From Limnothrix sp. (GTDB taxonomy: Bacteria; Cyanobacteriota; Cyanobacteriia; Cyanobacteriales; MRBY01): DNA of 7,767 nt. The notes beneath the pieces were generated by a model. It did no database searches and was not told the origin of the DNA. It was given only the letters and a program-made list of their open reading frames with translations. Position numbers and translations under genes: made by a program. The stretch spans positions 1 to 7,767 of the forward strand of contig JBIKYI010000096.1 in the NCBI GenBank assembly GCA_044355355.1, read 5' to 3'. Position 1 is the stretch's first letter, and each line of letters starts with the position of its first letter. Positions 5,791 through 7,767 of the stretch are shown here, piece by piece.

Positions 5791-7767
5791 TTGCGACAAC
5801 GGACGGTTCCCTATTTCGTCGGGCGGGAAGAGGAACTTAAAAGTTTGCATGGTTTCCTGTCGGATGGGGAATCGGTGGCAATTTCGGCGGTGTCGGGCAT
5901 GGGTGGCATCGGCAAATCTGAACTGGCGTTGCAATATATCTATCGTTCGCAAGCAGCTTATCCAGATGGGATTCTTTGGCTGGATGCGACATCGGCAACT
6001 TTTGCGGAGGAGATTATCGGGTTTGCGGTGGGGACATTAAAGCTGTCTGTACCGGAGGATTTACCGCCAGTGCAAAAGGTGAGGAGCGTTTGGGCGCATT
6101 GGCTGGGGACGGATCCGGTGTTGGTGGTGGTGGACAATATCAATCAGCCAGAGGATTTTACGCGGGTACAGGAATTTTTGCCCTACGGTTATCAACGGTT
6201 TCGGGTGTTGGTGACGAGTCGGGTCAAGTTGGCTGGATTGCGGGAATTGCCGTTGGATTTGTTGCCGCTAAAACAGGCGGTTAAATTGTTAGCACGATTA
6301 GCAAAGGCATCTGAGCGCAAAAATTGGGATCGGAAAGCTGCAAAAAATCTTTGTAAACGGTTGGGGCGGTTGCCGTTGGCGGTGGCGTTGGTGGGGAGCT
6401 ATCTGGGGCTAGATCTGAATTTGGGTTTGGCTGAAATGACGGCATTGCTAGAGAAAAAAGGGCTGGATGCGCGGTGTTTGGACAAGCCTGATCCGACGGT
6501 GGCAAAGCGGGGAGTAAAAGCAGCGTTTGATTTGTCGTGGGAGCATCTGACGGCGGAAACGCAACGGTTGGCTTGTGTGCTGGCGATGTTTGCCCGTGCG
6601 CCTATTGAGTGGCGATTGGTGGAAAATACGTTTATTTCGACGGATTCGGAGGAAGCCCCACAATTTGACCGCTTTGATTTGACGGATTGGCGGCAGGAGT
6701 TGCTGCGTTATTCGTTGTTACAGGGGGTGGAATTAGCGGAACAGGGGCGATCTGGTTATCTGTTGCATCCGTTGATCTGGGAATATCTGCGCCAGAAAAT
6801 ACCGACAGTGCTGGATGAGCAAATACGGCGATCGATGGTGAAGGCGATCATTACAGAAGCAGAAACTATTGAATACAACGCGCCCCTTGCGGACTACGAA
6901 AAAGTGCGTCTCTCTATTCCACACATAACCGAGTTAGCGGAAGAGTGGACAGAATTATTGAATCAAGATGATGTGATTACGCCTTCTACAAGAATTGCCT
7001 TTTATTATCTTTGCCGGTTATTTGACATTGAAGGAAGCGAATATTGGTTTCAGAAGACTATCGCTTTAGCAAAAAAACTATTACCCAAAAACCATATGGA
7101 TATTGTTGGAGCACTCAATAATTTAGCTGAGTTCTATAGTAAGCAAGGAAGATATCAAAGAGCTTTATCTATATATTCAGAATGCTTTGAATTTAAGAAT
7201 TTAAATAAAAAACCTGCTTTGCTTGCTATCTTACAGAATAACCAAGCATTAGTTCATGTAGGACTTGGGGAGTTTTCTAAAGCTGAAGTCTTGTACAGGA
7301 AAGCTATGGAGATTGAGCGAAAACATTTATCTGAAGACGATCCAAGTCTTGCGAATAGCTTAATCAATTTGGCTGATTTACTGTCTAAGCATTTAGAACA
7401 AACTATTGAAGCAGAGTCTTTATACTCAGAAGCACTAGAAATAGCCCGTAAGTCATTACCTAAAAATCATCCAAGTCTTGCAAATATTATTTTTAAAGTT
7501 GCAGAATTTTATGAATCTAAAGGAGACTTTTTAATTGCAGAAACTCATTTCTTAGAAGCTATAGTGATTGCACGTGAATCATTTTCTAGGAATCATCCGA
7601 ATTTTGCTGCGATGCTTAATAATGTGGCAATGATGTATATCAAGCTAAACAAAATATCGAAAGCTAAGCCCTTACTACAGGAATCGCTTCGTATTATTCG
7701 ACTACGGTATGGCGATGGACATCATTTGACTCTAACTATTCTTGAAAATTACGAGGCAATTCTCTAA
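5791..7767 (+). CDS. NB-ARC (AP-ATPase clade STAND NTPase) protein with C-terminal TPR array; NLR-like / Avs-like
   Basis: 658 codons from TTG 5791, with GAGG at 5776-5779. NB-ARC motifs read from the translation are FVGREEEL, Walker A GMGGIGKS (5896-5919), Walker B VLVVVD (6118-6135), RVLVTSR, GLPLA-type GRLPLAV (6364-6384) and MHD-like LHPLIWEY (6763-6786). From about 7050 there are about 5 kinesin-light-chain-type TPR units (e.g. ALNNLAEFYSKQGRYQRALSIY, PSLANSLINLADLL, PSLANIIFKVAEFYESKGDF, AAMLNNVAMMYIKLNKISKA). The first in-frame ATG (5899) lies inside the P-loop, so a non-ATG start or read-through is required. The stop codon is the last triplet of the window. Confidence 0.9.
   Translation: MRQRTVPYFVGREEELKSLHGFLSDGESVAISAVSGMGGIGKSELALQYIYRSQAAYPDGILWLDATSATFAEEIIGFAVGTLKLSVPEDLPPVQKVRSVWAHWLGTDPVLVVVDNINQPEDFTRVQEFLPYGYQRFRVLVTSRVKLAGLRELPLDLLPLKQAVKLLARLAKASERKNWDRKAAKNLCKRLGRLPLAVALVGSYLGLDLNLGLAEMTALLEKKGLDARCLDKPDPTVAKRGVKAAFDLSWEHLTAETQRLACVLAMFARAPIEWRLVENTFISTDSEEAPQFDRFDLTDWRQELLRYSLLQGVELAEQGRSGYLLHPLIWEYLRQKIPTVLDEQIRRSMVKAIITEAETIEYNAPLADYEKVRLSIPHITELAEEWTELLNQDDVITPSTRIAFYYLCRLFDIEGSEYWFQKTIALAKKLLPKNHMDIVGALNNLAEFYSKQGRYQRALSIYSECFEFKNLNKKPALLAILQNNQALVHVGLGEFSKAEVLYRKAMEIERKHLSEDDPSLANSLINLADLLSKHLEQTIEAESLYSEALEIARKSLPKNHPSLANIIFKVAEFYESKGDFLIAETHFLEAIVIARESFSRNHPNFAAMLNNVAMMYIKLNKISKAKPLLQESLRIIRLRYGDGHHLTLTILENYEAIL

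Noticed and set aside
5737-5800. Selenocysteine recoding of the in-frame UGA
   Set aside because: I can find no stable hairpin in the ~40 nt immediately downstream that could act as a bacterial SECIS element, and the context does not resemble a redox motif.
5849-6924. ORFs 5849-6040+, 5958-6143-, 5976-6284+, 6281-6505-, 6448-6663-, 6733-6924- inside the NB-ARC region
   Set aside because: They are shadow ORFs in a G-rich coding region. Their translations are low-complexity (G/R/C- or P/T-rich). Frame 1 carries the full NB-ARC motif set.
7340-7481. Exact 13-nt repeat ATCCAAGTCTTGC (7340-7352 and 7469-7481, 43 codons apart) as a possible sign of very recent TPR unit duplication or hypervariable repeats
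   Set aside because: Outside this conserved (D/H)PSLAN box the two units diverge to roughly random synonymous and non-synonymous levels. This is ordinary TPR periodicity rather than recent repeat amplification.
1-7767. Scan for CRISPR arrays, tRNA/rRNA genes, transposase/integrase genes, long terminal inverted repeats and toxin-antitoxin-sized gene pairs
   Set aside because: I found none. There are no regularly spaced direct repeats of 24-40 nt, no cloverleaf-like segments noticed in the gaps, and no ORF with DDE, tyrosine- or serine-recombinase motifs.

Overview
The window looks like a cyanobacterial chromosomal segment. By manual scan it holds 11 exact copies of the HIP1 octamer GCGATCGC, all between 985 and 5552. 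Six ORFs are supported, left to right: (1) a small AT-rich pentapeptide-repeat-like ORF (80-262,+); (2) a Uma2/DUF820 PD-(D/E)xK nuclease-family gene (296-925,-); (3) a bicupin metalloprotein gene (1220-2128,+); (4) after a ~600-bp structured non-coding gap, an 846-codon sugar-1-phosphate nucleotidyltransferase / left-handed-beta-helix / phosphohexomutase-like fusion gene (2737-5277,+); (5) a 127-codon ORF with an extreme N-terminal hydrophobic helix (5356-5739,+); (6) a 658-codon NB-ARC-TPR STAND (NLR-like) NTPase (5791-7767,+). I saw no rRNA, tRNA, CRISPR array, transposase or integrase. The main hunt result is the right-hand pair. The NB-ARC-TPR ORF has no N-terminal effector domain and no ATG start. 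It lies in the same reading frame as the upstream small ORF, separated from it by a single UGA-C stop and 17 sense codons. This suggests a split, decayed or read-through-coupled NLR-like conflict module with a membrane-helix effector; that reading is inference. Secondary observations are three sharp compositional or codon-usage breakpoints that fall inside intact ORFs (about 540, about 2850-4400, about 6950). The phosphohexomutase-like module appears to have lost all four catalytic loops. A 10-bp perfect inverted repeat with a T-run sits in the long intergenic gap. All homology calls are by eye from motifs and no searches were run.
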